64,000 nt of DNA from Octopus vulgaris (GCA_951406725.2 OX597820.1:113708001-113772000); one strand, 5' to 3'. Shown: positions 1 to 12,926, counted from the stretch's first letter. Notes: generated by a model from the sequence alone, not told the origin. Program-made: numbers and translations.

Positions 1-86
1 TCCCACATACTCTCCGTCTGGCTGAGACTTTGGCGAAACATGAGATATGAAGGTCCGAGAAAAATGTTTATATAAAACAGTCTATA

Positions 87-167
<81 letters not shown>

Positions 168-296
168 TTAACAATTGAGGATAAAATCTTTAAAAGAAAT
201 TATCAGAAATTATCAATTTTGTTTATTTTAGTAGTTTTGACCGCATTGGTCCCTCTTAGCGTGTTGGTATCTACGAATAGTAGTACCCTCAATATA

Positions 297-356
<60 letters not shown>

Positions 357-394
357 GTATATACTCACACACACACTCACATATATATATATAC

Positions 395-748
395 TTCTGT
401 TTCTTCCTTTGTTTGTCATTTGACTGCGGCCATGCTGGAGCACCGCCTTTAGTCGAACAAATCGACCCCCAAGACTTATTCTTTGTAAGTTTGTACTTAT
501 TCTATCGGTCTCTTATGCCGCACCTCTAGGTTACGGAGACGTAAACACACCAACATCGGTTGTCAAGCGATGGTGGAGGGACAAACATATATATATATGA
601 CGGGATTGTTTCAGTTTCTGTCTACCAAATCTACTCAGAAGGCTTTGGTCTACCCGAGGGTATACTAGAAGACACTTGCCTAAGGTGCAACGCAGTGGGA
701 CTGAAACCGGATCCATGTGGTTTGTAAGCATGCTACTTACCACAGAGC
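395..748 (-). mobile_element. SINE family B
   Basis: Reverse complement matches 32094-32496. Confidence 0.85.
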
Positions 749-1097
749 TATATATATATGTATATGTATACATGTATGTATATATGTATATGTGTGTGTG
801 TAGTGTGTGTCTATATATATATATATATATATGTCTATATATATATATATATGAAAAGGCAACAACAATAAGATTGCCGTGGCAAGTAGAGCTTCAAAAC
901 AGTTTCCGTTGCTTTTTGCAAACGATACGTCTTGCAGATGCAGACCAATTTCAGTCCCCCTGGAATGCATACATACACACACACAATACAGACATACAGA
1001 CTGACTGACGGACAGTCAGATACACATACATATACACCACACCACATACATACATACATACATACATACATACATACATACATACATACATACATAC

Positions 1098-1416
1098 ATC
1101 ATCATCATTGTTCGACCGTGGTCGAGACAATGGAATTTACTATGTTACGCCAGACTTCACGGTCCAGCATAGCATTACGGAGGTCCTGTTGTTGGATGCC
1201 TGTATCCCTGGAGATTACATCAGGGTAGGAGTGTGTGCGCTCTCTGGTACCGCGAGCAGATGGCTTCCAGAGGAGAAGAGTAGAAATTACCTCGTTTTCA
1301 GCTCTACAACAATGTCCAGCAAACTGGACTCTTCTACCTTTCACAAGAGATGATACAGGTGGTAGTTTCCCATATATTTGTACTTTGATTGGATGACGCT
1401 TCCACGAGAGATTTTG
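1098..1416 (-). mobile_element. 5'-truncated LINE 3' end (RTE-group ORF2 C-terminus) with short (TGA)n tail
   Basis: Peptide RRVQFAGHCCR...LLLWKP...SYPDVISRDTG...AMLDREVWRNIV, then stop and tgatgatg; flanked by (TACA)n. Confidence 0.8.
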
Positions 1417-1458
1417 TATGCATGTATGTATGTATGCATACATACATACATACATACA

Positions 1459-1487
<29 letters not shown>

Positions 1488-1489
<2 letters not shown>

Positions 1490-1690
1490 TGATTTCAAAT
1501 TTTGGTACAGCAATTTCGGGAGATGGGGTAAATTGATTTCATCGACCAGTACTCAACTGGTACTTATTTTATCGACTGCGAAAAGATGAAACACAAAGTC
1601 AACTTCGATGGAATTTTAAATCAGAACGTAAAGTCGGAAGGAAAGCCGCTTAGCCTTTTGTCCGGCATGTTATCGGCTCCTCACGTTGCA
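1488..1690 (-). mobile_element. Old SINE family A copy
   Basis: ctggtacttattttatcgac...aaagatgaaacacaaagtcaac. Confidence 0.7.
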
Positions 1691-1841
1691 TTTATTAATA
1701 TATATTCTTTTATTCTTTTATTTGCTCAACCTCACATAGAATAGGTTTGACACTGGTAACAGGTTGTATAGGAAAAAATATGTAATCATGCTACTATTAA
1801 CCTGTTTAATAATTACTGTTTTTCTCTCTTTTGTTTTCCAG

Positions 1842-1907
1842 AATGATCGTTTCCCACCAGAAGACACAGCTTCCTTCCACGTCATTTCAAATACTTCGTC
1901 ACAGCAC
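1842..1907 (+). CDS. Internal coding exon, 66 nt, phase 0/0 (NDRFPPEDTASFHVISNTSSQH)
   Basis: Long pyrimidine tract + ttccag acceptor; gtaagt donor; length divisible by 3. Confidence 0.75.
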
Positions 1908-1930
1908 GTAAGTTACTTCAATTTCTAGGT

Positions 1931-1964
<34 letters not shown>

Positions 1965-2106
1965 TAAGCTTGATTCTTTCAGTTTATATGCCCTTTCGGA
2001 CATGAACGTGTTTTTTCCTCTGTAGATACCTCTCGCTCATAAATGCATATATGCATACAAAATGCATGCATATATATATGTATATATATATATATATGTG
2101 TGTGTG

Positions 2107-2191
<85 letters not shown>

Positions 2192-2200
2192 ATATCTATA

Positions 2201-2249
<49 letters not shown>

Positions 2250-2388
2250 GGAGAGTTTACGAAAAAAACAAAAGACGAAGACAGGTGGTGTACAAAACAA
2301 ACAGATGTATTAGTATAACGCTCGGGAATAGAAAAAGTCTTTTACGTTTCGAGCCTACGCTCTTCTACAGAAGGGGACACAGAAAAAA

Positions 2389-2452
<64 letters not shown>

Positions 2453-2499
2453 GATGGATGTGTGTGTTAGTGCGTGTATTTCTGCATCCTGTGTCGTTA

Positions 2500-3180
2500 A
2501 ATACTCCCCCACATGTCTCTATATAATGCCCCAGATATTCCACAATACAACATTTTATTTCTCTATGAGCTATTCTGTCATTTCTCGAGGAGTCACTTAG
2601 GGCATCTATCTGAACTGGCTTCTTTTTGAATGCCTCGTGTAAACTGATTGCACAAACCTTGTTCTCTAACTCCTCTCATACCGGCTCTGCCAACTGAGAG
2701 GTCAGAATGTTCGCCATCTTGAAACGTCCGCACCCCTTACTTCCTTCATTAAGTTGTACCCTTCCTCGAAACATTGATTCTCAAGCATTTCTAATCCCTC
2801 TCTTACCTCCAAACCTTTGGCCACATGGAAACGTATGTTTGTTGCCAAATCAAAGCTTTCTACATTACATAAACCATGTTCCTCAAACCTTCTGGTTTTT
2901 AGTTCAGCTAATTAGATGGAACTTCACCAATTCTAAGCAGTAAAATGGGCATCAGTTCAGTCCTTATTTAAAACTGGCAGACCAGTAAAGGAAACCCTCG
3001 TACATGATATGTTCTTCAACATGTTCTTCATGCAACCGAAGTTTAAAAACTTAAACATCCAGTGTTTCACACGTAGCTGCACTACAAGTTGCAGGTTAAG
3101 GATGAAATCCCCACCAACATTAATTGAAAAGGATGCAACATGTCTATCAGGAAATCAAGACATGAGTCTCTGATGCATAC
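2500..3180 (-). mobile_element. Possible highly decayed LTR-retrotransposon pol remnant
   Basis: Minus-strand snippets FLID...ASFSI (protease-like, needs a frameshift) and KCCIVEYLGHYI (RT-like); no long frame. Confidence 0.3.
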
Positions 3181-3649
3181 ACAGACTATGAGCAGTGAAT
3201 CTTAGTACAAAATGAAAGTGTTAAACATACATACAAATGCACACATTTACACGCACGCACCACACACACACACACACACACACACACGTCTGATGTATTT
3301 GGTGTGTTTCTTTGCAGTGCCGTGTGTATACACCGCCAGTGTATTTGCTGTGTCTGTACACGATTTACTATTCACCGTGTGATTTTGCTGAAAGCATCAG
3401 TTTTGTGTGAATTTAGTTTTCTTTATTTTTCATCGAGCTGTATCCCTAATATGTCAAAGAAAGTCATATACCTCTAAATAACACAGGATTCAAATTGTGT
3501 GTTCTGTCTGATTTTTTCTTGCAATTTATGCTCTATCTTCACCTCTTTATTTTCTCAAGAATGCAATGAACTGGGTTACATAGTCATCTGAAAGTTGACG
3601 TTAGGAATTAGTGACATTGGCATAAGAACTCAGAGGTATGATGGTGGTG

Positions 3650-3862
3650 GACAAGTCCACCACCATCAATTCACCGCAAGAAAAGTTCACCGCCATCAAT
3701 TCACCGTGAAGGAAGCTCACCGCGAGAAAGTTTACCAAGAAAATATATCCATAGTATCTCACCATTAATAGTTAAAAACTATTTTATTGAAAAAAAAAAA
3801 CAAGTGAATTGATGACGGTGAAACTTTACCTGCAGTGAATTGGTGACAATGAACTTACCAGA
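3650..3862. mobile_element. Small element with inverted arrays of about 15-bp TTCACCG-containing subrepeats
   Basis: aattcaccgc / aagttcaccgc units at 3655-3740 and gtgaatt / ggtgaaact units at 3805-3860. Confidence 0.55.
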
Positions 3863-4059
3863 CGTAGGTTTAGTGAGATGACGGCTAGAGAAAACCTGTG
3901 CGGAACAATTGAGGCAGAACTCGTATAACTTCATGGGTTATTTTCTACACCCACTACGGGTGCCATGGGTATTATCCGTTGATATCATGAAATTGCAAAT
4001 ATGGACGACACTACTAGTAATGGTACTAAATGCTTTGTATCATGGGGTTGGTCGATTAA

Positions 4060-4890
4060 AGCAATGAGCTGGCAGGAAGATGACATGTACAAGCGCCTTG
4101 GACAGTATGCTCATCAACATTTCTTTCGGCTTTTTTACGTTCTAAGTTCAAATCCCAACGAGATCAACTCTGCCTTGCATCTTTTGGGTGTCGATAAAAC
4201 CAGCACCGTTGAGCACTGGAGATCGATATAATTGAGTAGCACTCTTTTCCCGAAAACTACTAATCTTGTGCCGAAGTTTGAAACCATTAAGGGGGCGAGC
4301 TGGCAAAATCATTAGTGCGTCGGACAAAATGCTTATCATCATATATTCTGACTCTTTACGTTCTGAGTAAAAATTCCGCCGAGGTTAGTTTTGCTTTCAT
4401 CCTTTCGGGGTCGATAAAATATATGTAAGTTGAGCATTACGGTCGACTGTCCCTTTCTCCCATAATTTCAGGTCTTGTGCCAACATTTGACAGAACTATT
4501 ACTACTATTAAGGTAGCAAGAGGTAGGATTGTTAGTACTTCGAACAAAATGCTCAGCAGAGTTTCTTCCCGCTTTTTACGCCCTTACTTCAAGACCCACC
4601 AAAGTCAGGTTTGCCTTTCATTCTGTTGAAGTTGATAAAATAAAATACCAATCAAGTACTGGAGTCGATATAGTCGAGTAACCCAATCTCTTAAATTTGC
4701 TAGCCTCGTGCAATTGGTTACAAACCGTCAAAGCGTCCGACAAAATGTCTTACGTTATTTGTTCCGGCTCTTTGTGTTCTATGTTCAAATCCCGCCGAGT
4801 TCAATTGTGCCTTTCACACTTCCAAGGTCCCAATCAAAATACATGAAATCTACTGTATATAATCGACTGTTCCATGTTCTTGAAATTTCT
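4060..4890 (+). mobile_element. Head-to-tail array of about four old SINE family A copies
   Basis: Recurrent gagctggca / ttcaaatcc / gcctttcat / gataaaa motifs every 210-230 nt. Confidence 0.75.
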
Positions 4891-5300
4891 AACCGACAAT
4901 TATCTGGGGGCCGGTGGAAAAAGAACTAGTTAAGATTTAGGGTTCAGTTTAATTTATTACAACCACTACACCTCCTCTTTCTTTCTCTCTCTTTCTCTCT
5001 TTCTTTCTCCCAGTCTTTAAATTTGTGGCTGTGTACTTACATTAAAAATCGCTATTTAAAGATGCTTTACCTTCTAAGCTTTTAATATAAAATTTCTATA
5101 CAGGACATAAGCAGGTTTTGATTTCAAAATTAATCCATATTTTAAGTATGCATGTGTATATGATACTACAAAGATATTGAGATCTCTCATAACACAGTTT
5201 ATCGCTAAATTAATTTCTGCTCCTCTCCACAATTCGCTTCTCTTATTTCCAATTTTTCTGTTTTTTCTTTTTTTTTCTTTTTTTCATTTTGCTTTCACAG

Positions 5301-5366
5301 ATGGCACTCAAAGCGGCTCACCATTATACTTCGGCGAGTAGTGTACTTCTACCGCTGATAACCTGG
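5301..5366 (+). CDS. Candidate internal exon, 66 nt, phase 0/0 (MALKAAHHYTSASSVLLPLITW)
   Basis: Very long T-tract + tcacag acceptor; TGG|gtaact donor; only frame 0 is open. Confidence 0.55.
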
Positions 5367-6337
5367 GTAACTACACAGTTGTTCCTTTGCACCATGTTTG
5401 CATCCTTCATTCGGTCTCCAGCACGTCCTCAGTCGTTTCTGAAAAGTTCTCTGTTAATTCTTGGCACCTGTCATCTCAATCATTTACACACTTTCAAATA
5501 GCTTCTCTCTCTTACATACATACATACATATATACACTCTCGCTTTCAGCCACTCTCTCTCATTTTCTCTCTCTTTATCTCTCTCCTTCTCTCTCTCTCT
5601 CATTATACACACACACACATATACATATATTAGATTTTACCTTTCTCCTCTCTCTATCTTTCTCTCTCTCTCTCCTCATTGTAACATTTCTCTCTTCCTC
5701 TCTTATTTTCTTTGTATCTCTCGTTCACTCTCCCTCTCTCCCTCTCTCTCTTCTCCTTCTCACTTTCTTTCGCTCTCTTGCCCCTCTCTCACCCTCTCCC
5801 TCTCTCTCTTTCGCTCTCTCTCTCTCTCTCTCTCTCTAAACCTATCTCTCTTCATTGCCATTCATCTTTCACCGGTACTGTACAGAAGAAAGACCTTCAA
5901 AAAGGTCTGCGACCAGTTTCTATTTCAGCGTGCAGTTACTTTACTTCACAGATCTCATCGGTTCCTCAATGGAGAGCAATACCACAACGACCATCCATTT
6001 GTCGCCCTGGACCCAAATTAGGATCTGTATGGAGCAGTTTGAACTTGCAAATGATAGCAACATATTCGTAAATGTGGATAACTGAGTAATCAGGATAGTG
6101 AAAAACCATCCCTGAAGTCGGCCGTTGATAGCCAGTCACTCAGCTCTCTATTGTAAGCGTAGCCAAGACAATAAACGCTCAATCACTTCAAGACAATTAA
6201 GAGAAGAAATAACTTCATCTTGCAGTCGTTGGCAGTAGCTGCGCATTAAATGTGATAAGTGGTTCGTTAACTTAAGGGATTAAGCTTAATTTCTTTGTGC
6301 TCAGCATCTGGACTATTACAGTGTATAACAATTTTTT

Positions 6338-6770
6338 TCTTGTCTTTGATCACTGTTATTTCCTATTAGTTTCTATCTAGAGATCAAAGAAAATGACTTA
6401 TTTCCTTCAAAATGCTTTTGACATCAATGTTTTGAAACTGACCTATTTTCCATTGCATTTCAGACAGATTCAGCGCTGAGTTGCCGATGCAGAAATATCG
6501 TTATAGCAAATATTCTGCTCAACATCACAGATTTGCTTGTCAGTTGTTTGACCTTTACCACTTGAGCATGTCCCTTAGTGGCTGACAATGTGTACATCTC
6601 TGATGATGAGCGAGGATAGTCAGCGAGCATCATAGTTATGCGTTGAGAGGGATTCTTTGGGGTTTCAATAAATGTAACAAAAGCAAAGTTTGAAGGAAAT
6701 ATTAGTTATTTTTCATTCTTCCTAGGGGTAAACAAATTGGAAATAACAGTTCCTACCCAAAGACAAAAGT
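6338..6770. mobile_element. Old MITE-like element with long diverged inverted arms (about 6338-6425 / 6673-6770)
   Basis: actgttatttcc...tatttccttcaaa...gcttttg is mirrored by caaaagc...tttgaaggaaata...ggaaataacagt. Confidence 0.55.
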
Positions 6771-6855
6771 CATGTTTATGTTATTCTGTATAAATTCTAT
6801 ACCATATATTCTTTCTATATATATGTGTGTATGTATGTATATACCTGTATTTTTA

Positions 6856-7066
6856 CGACGGGGTGCTGAAAGTTCCCACCTTTGGGTAAAAGAAAATACA
6901 AGAAGATCAATTGTGATTTTATTTATCATATTCCTCTCTCAGATTCACACCCTTATTGCAGCGGTCCTTCAGTTTGTTAAGCCCTGTGAAAGAAATTGGA
7001 AGGTTGGACCTCCAACCAGGTCTTTCGTAATATCCTTAAAGCCAGGAACTTATCAGCACCCCCTCG
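6856..7066. mobile_element. Mariner-type MITE with TA target duplication
   Basis: TA|cgacggggtgctgaaaagttcc ... ggaacttatcagcaccccctcg|TA. Confidence 0.8.
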
Positions 7067-7112
<46 letters not shown>

Positions 7113-7779
7113 TGATATCTACATAATTATTTCTACTTATATTCGCTACTTCTGTTGCACTAATATTTATAACATTTTTGATGTTCTTTATGCACAAATG
7201 CCTATCTTTCAGTTAATGTTTGCTTGATATCTTCATACATATGTTTGTAAATATTTATACTTATAAATATTCATATATCTAAGCTGTTTCATATTTGCAT
7301 GATATCACCATATAATATTCACCTAAATTCATTTATAAACGTATCTTTATATTTTCGTTATAGTTTCATTGATACCATTTTATTTATATACTTATTTTAG
7401 CGTGGAATATAATATACATGATACACACACACACTCACTCACACACACATATAAACACACACACACACACACGAAAACACACATATAATATATATAAATA
7501 AACATACATACACACACATATATACATACATACATTATAATGGTAGATATAAGGAAGGCCGTTTGTACTTCGATACTTTTGCATTCATCTTTATTGTGTT
7601 ATATTTTCAATGATAAACTCAAAGCTAAATGTTCGTATTATCATATCTTTTCTTTCATCTCCTCAACACTTACCGTTACCTGCTACCAGTTTGGTAATAT
7701 TTGCATGAATATCTTATTTTCTATGATAAAACACACATCGTGCAGCCTTTAAGTATGCTATATTTTTCTTTCTCTACAG

Positions 7780-7824
7780 ACTCAAGTTGTAAAAGACAGG
7801 GGCAGACAACTGTTACATTATAGT
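7780..7824 (+). CDS. Internal micro-exon, 45 nt, phase 0/0 (TQVVKDRGRQLLHYS)
   Basis: tttttctttctctacag acceptor; gtaagt donor; only frame 0 is open. Confidence 0.7.
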
Positions 7825-8739
7825 GTAAGTATAACGTTTGCAGTATCGTCTGCACTTTTCGTTGAAACACAACGCAAACAGAACGTGACACAAACTTATT
7901 GTTAATGCTTACTTTTTGTCTAAATTTTGAGAAAGTAACCAAGTGACAGGAGAGTGGAATATATTCCTACCTTTTAGGAAATTAATCGCATTTTGTTAAT
8001 AGAAAATATCACTTTTAATAAAAGAAAAATGCAACTGTTGCGCTTTACATTGTTGATGTCTACCTCATCTTTATTGTCGCCATCTTCGTCGTCATCGTTG
8101 TCATCATCGTTGTTATCGTCGTCGTCGTCGTCGTTATTGTTTTAGTGCTGCCTCAGATGAGCTGTGATTGAATAAAACAGTATAATTTGATCAAAAATAT
8201 AGGTGTATTTCTTGGTTCAATTCATTGACATCAAGTGTTCCAGATATCTTATGGATTCGCTTCGTTAATAGACCTACCATATCACGTACACTGACATGTC
8301 GCCTGCTAGCAATTGTTTTCTATCTTACAAGGATAAATGCCCCTATCTTCCTCTGCTGTTCATACAGCTTTACTGCATTCGAAAATCACTTTCCTATCTA
8401 CAAAATTGTTTTTGCTGTTTTGTTTTGTTGCTACAACCATTGTTGCGGTAGTGGTGACGGCGGCGGTGACGGTGGCGGTGGCGGCGGTAGTGGTGGTGCT
8501 CTTGTTGTTTAGCTTCAGATCAGCCCTGTTCAAGATAACCTACATTGAAAAGCATTCTAGTTACAAGCATCCGGAGTTTTCTATTGTATTTCGCGCTTCT
8601 TAGATCAAACACCCCATTTGTCCATTGTGTCGTACCTTATTTAAAGACGACAGGGTAGGATATAGTCGCTGATATTGTTACTGCAGCTGCTGCTGTTGCT
8701 GCTGCTGTTGTTGTTGTTGTTGAGCGTAGCGGTCTTCAT

Positions 8740-9063
8740 CCTAGTGAGAGAAGTCCGAAACGTAGTCCTTTGCTATTCGTAAGACCCGCAGAAGTGAAAA
8801 CAAGTCAACCCCCGACACCGAGAGCATCGACGGATGGATGAATGTGCATCCAGGCTCAGCGATTGCGTAGGAAGTCGGGGACAAGAAACAGGAAGAAAGA
8901 GTGAGAGAAAGTTGGAGCGAAAGAGTACAACAGGCGTCGCCACCACCCCCTGCCGGAACCTCGTGGAGTTTTAGGTGTTTTCGCTCAATGAACACACACA
9001 ACGCCCGGTCTGGGAATCGAAACCGCGAGTCCGCTGCCCTAACCACTGGGCCATTGCGCCTCC
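8740..9063 (-). mobile_element. tRNA-derived SINE with a distinct body
   Basis: Minus strand ggaggcgcaaTGGCCCAGTGGttagggcagcgg...GTTTCGATTCCcagacc (A and B boxes). Confidence 0.75.
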
Positions 9064-9346
9064 TGTTACTACTGCTGCTGATGTTGCTGTTGTTGTTGTT
9101 GTTGTTACCCTGGTCAGCCCTGATCGAGTAGTGCTGCAATCAAGTATATTCTAAACGTTCCAACCATAGTTAACTTTTTCATTCTCCTGTCCAAAATAAG
9201 CAAAAACCACATCACTGTTTTCCTAAGATGTTAAGGTTTGTCTCGAGGGGCATTTCACAGCTAATTCAAGCATAGCAACTGACCCCAAAGCGGCTACCCC
9301 ATTCAGATCGATGATTCTGTAAATATTATTGTGCACTGTTTGTAGA

Positions 9347-9670
9347 ATTAGTGGCAGCGATTGTGAGGGCTGTTGTTTGTACATTTAATGACAATCATTG
9401 TGCAGGCATATTTAATGGCAATGGTTGTGAGGGCTGTTGTTAGTCTATTTAGTGACAATGGTTGTGAGGGCCGTTGTTTGTGCATTTAATGGCAGCGGTC
9501 GCGGTGTCTGTTGTTTGCATATTTGTACCAGCGGTTGTGAGGGCTGTTGTTAATATATTTATGGGCAAAAGTTGAGGGATGTTGTGTGTATAATTTAGTG
9601 GCAATGGGTTGTGAGGGTTGTTGCTTGCATATTTATTTACGGTCGTTGTGAAGGTTATTGTTTGTACAGA
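9347..9670. repeat. Diverged minisatellite, about 37-bp unit, about 8-9 copies
   Basis: Consensus tttartggcaatggttgtgagggctgttgtttgyata recurs, e.g. at 9411 and 9448. Confidence 0.85.
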
Positions 9671-9699
9671 TAATTACGGTGGCTAAGAGGTCAACTGTT

Positions 9700-10046
9700 T
9701 GTTACAGTAACAAGGACTTCAAATTTGCCATCAAGATGTAGGACAAGATTCTGTGATAGCCTGGGCTTCCGAGGCCCACAGCTCTTCAATATCCTCCCGA
9801 AGAACCTAAGAGACCAGCATGGGGTGGATGCAGATGTCTTTAAAATAAAACTGGATCTCTTCTTGTCAGGTGTCCCAGATGAACCAAATTCACGATAGGA
9901 GGTGCAGATGAGGGCAGCTGCATCGAACTCTCTCATGCACCAAATGGCAATTGCTAAAAAGCATTCGTGAAGTAAAATCATGTAGCAACACCAAATGGCG
10001 GTGCCCCAGCATGGCCACAGCTTGTGAGCTGAAACTAGATAAAAAA
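9700..10046 (+). mobile_element. LINE 3' end (CR1/L2-group ORF2 C-terminus plus 3' tail)
   Basis: Frame from 9722 reads SLGFRGPQLFNILPKNLRD...FKIKLDLFLSGVPDEP, with an internal TAG; the tail is shared with SINE family B. Confidence 0.75.
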
Positions 10047-10432
10047 TTTTTAAATAACAAACTGTGTCCCAAGCGTATCCGGGTGTTCTATTTAATCTGA
10101 ACATTTTGATAAAAGGGGTGGGACAATGTTATTGTAACTGTTAATGATGTCGTTATTGCTTTCGTTGTTCTTGTCGTGATTAACTGCCATTGTAAATATT
10201 CATGTTGTTATTGTCAGTGAAGCTATTTCAAGAGATTTCTTTACATATTTCGTTTCTTTATAGGGGAATTTCGAAGGAAGCTCCAAGAAACAAAAAGGAA
10301 ACGACTCGCAGACAATACCGGAGATACAAGTAAACAAAATTTTATCATTTCTTTGAAACAGAATTGGTATTTTCTTTGGACTATGTTGTTATTGTTGTAA
10401 TATATATATAGGCACAGGCGTGGCAATGTGAT

Positions 10433-10844
10433 AAGGCGGCGAGCTGGCAGAAACGTTAGCACGCCGGGCGAAATGTTTAGCGGTATTTCATCTGCCGTTA
10501 CGTTCTGAGTTCAAATTCCGCCGAGGTCGACTTTGCCTTTCATCCTTTCGGGGACGATAAATTAAGTACCAGTTGCGCACTGGGGTCGATGTAATCGACA
10601 ATCCGTTTGTCTGTCCTTGTTTGTCCCCTCTGTGTTTAGCCCCTTGTGGGTAGTAAAGAAATAGGTATTTCGTCTGCCGTTACGTTCTGAGTTCAAATTC
10701 CACCGAGGTCGACTTTGCCTTTCATCTTTCGGGGTCGATAAATTAAGTACCAGTTACGCACTGGGGTCGATTACATCGACTTAATCCCTTTGTCTGTCCT
10801 TGTTTGTCCCCTCTATGTTTAGCCCCTTGTGAGCAATAAAGAAT
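10433..10844 (+). mobile_element. SINE family A, body duplicated in tandem, inserted into the head of a family B SINE (10410-10981)
   Basis: ggtattt...cccttgtg body occurs twice; host reads ...tgtgataag | taagaagcttgcttaccaacc. Confidence 0.85.
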
Positions 10845-11464
10845 TAAGAAGCTTGCTTACCAACCACATGGTTCCGGATTCAGTCCCACTGCGTGGCACC
10901 TTGGGAGAGTGTCTTCTACTATGGATCAAGCCGACCAAAGCCTTGTGAGTAGATTTGGTAGACGGAAACTGAAAGAAGCCTTCCAAAGTTGGTTAGTACT
11001 GATCAAACAGGATTCATATCTAATAGATACATTGGGGACAACGTAAGATTGATATATGACCTGATGAGCTACACAGAATTAAATGACATATATACATACA
11101 GATCATACAATGAAAGCAGGCGAGAGGGATTTTATTAAAAGAAAAATGGAGGCTGTATTATGAGTCTGTAAACGCGTGGTAGTCCTCTAGTATTATTTCT
11201 TGTAGAACTGTATTTTATGAGTGACCAACGAGTGAATGTTTAGTAGGGGGTAGGCTATTTTATTTTATTCTTTTTATTTATTTTATGCCTTCTTTTCTTT
11301 CTCTTCCCTTTCTTTAGTTTTTATTATTTTTTTTGCCTTCTCTTTTTCTTTCTTTAAAAAAAGGGTGACTTGTTCTCCATTTCTTCACGGTCACGTGGCC
11401 GTGGTGTTTTGAATTATAACAGGGAAAACTGGAAATAAAAAAAAGTTAATTATAATATATATAT

Positions 11465-11864
11465 TGTGTGGTAGGTATCTTGTTTACCAACCACATGGCT
11501 CCGGGTTCAGTCCCACTGCGTAGCATCTTGGGCAAGTGTCTTCTACTATAGCCTCGGGCCGACCAATGCCTTGTGAGTGGATTTGGTAGACGGAAACTGA
11601 AAGAAGCCGGTCGTATGTGTATATATATATATATATATATATACATGTGTGTGTGTTTGTGTGTCTGTGTTTGTCCTCCCAACATCGCTTGACAACCGAT
11701 GCTGGTGTGTTTACGTCCCCGTCACCTAGCGGTTCGGCAAAAGAGACCAATAGAATAAGTACTGGGCTTACAAAGAATAAGTCCCGGGGTCGATCTGCTC
11801 GACTAAAGGCGGTGCTCCAGCATGGCCGCAGTCAAATGACTGAAACAAGTAAAAGAGTAAAGAG

Positions 11865-11866
<2 letters not shown>
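11465..11866 (+). mobile_element. SINE family B (tRNA head, CORE-like cttgggcaagtgtctt, internal (TA)n/(TG)n, LINE-like tail)
   Basis: B box ggttcagtccc; near-identical to 32094-32496. Confidence 0.9.
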
Positions 11867-11922
<56 letters not shown>

Positions 11923-11923
<1 letters not shown>

Positions 11924-12323
11924 AAAAAACAAGTCAAAATAGAGAATGCTAAAATAATTTTGTAAAGAACATTTCAGTACCGGTTTCCATCATTTTGAGA
12001 CCTTTTCAACTGTAACGATTAAATAATTAAATTTAGAAAAATTAAAAGAAAATTTTTTTTAAAGGAATATTTGTATAGTCAAATATAAGTGGCATTCTGC
12101 GGCCTCGAACACACAAGTGTAAACAAGGGAGACAGAGAAAGGCAGAATGCCACTTATATTTGAACACTATACAAATATTCCTTTAAAAAAAAATTTTCTT
12201 TTAATTTTTCTAAATTTAATTATTTAATCGTTACAGTTGAAAAGGTCTCAAAATGACCGAAACCGGTACTGAAATGTTCTTTATAAAATTATTTTAGCAT
12301 TTTCTATTTTGACTTGTTTTTTC
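11923..12323. repeat. Foldback element, about 180-bp inverted arms (11923-12100 / 12142-12323), hammerhead-bearing, possibly Penelope-derived
   Basis: Arms are near-perfect reverse complements around a 41-nt spacer. Confidence 0.9.
12234..12271 (+). ncRNA. Minimal type I hammerhead fold (U3-A8 variant, GUA triplet, palindromic stem III)
   Basis: CAG-UUGAAAA-GGUC-UCAAAAU-GACC-GAAA-CCGG-UA-CUG. Confidence 0.6.
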
Positions 12324-12664
12324 ATATATATCAACTCGTGTGTTCCTTTTCACCCATATATATATATATATATATATGACTGCTTAGAACAGTCTGTCTT
12401 TATTTGTTTTTAAGAACATAAGGTGGGAAAATTTAGCAGCTATTTCCAGCATGTGGAGCTGGTGGTGGTGGAGGTGGTCGTCGTCGTCGTCGTTGTAATG
12501 GCGGCGGCGGTGATAGTGACGCTGGTGGTGTCACTGCAGTGGTTACGTTGACAGTTAATCGAGTGAGTAGCCGACATTCTTCTCATAGAAGGTAGAGCGG
12601 GTAACAACAGGCATTATACCATACACACACGCACACACACGAAACGTCACACATGAACACCGAC

Positions 12665-12783
12665 ATATATATATATATATATATACGTGTATGCATGTAT
12701 GTATGTATGTATGTATGTATGTATGTATGTATGTATGTATGTATGTGTACGTATATACATATGTATATATGTATGTATGTATG

Positions 12784-12823
<40 letters not shown>

Positions 12824-12838
12824 ACACGCACACGAATC

Positions 12839-12926
<88 letters not shown>

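Noticed and set aside
5870-6090. Possible transposase fragment
   Set aside because: No catalytic motif or terminal repeat that I could support
9347-9670. 37-bp periodic repeat resembling a CRISPR array in length
   Set aside because: Units are contiguous with no unique spacers, there are no cas genes, and the context is eukaryotic
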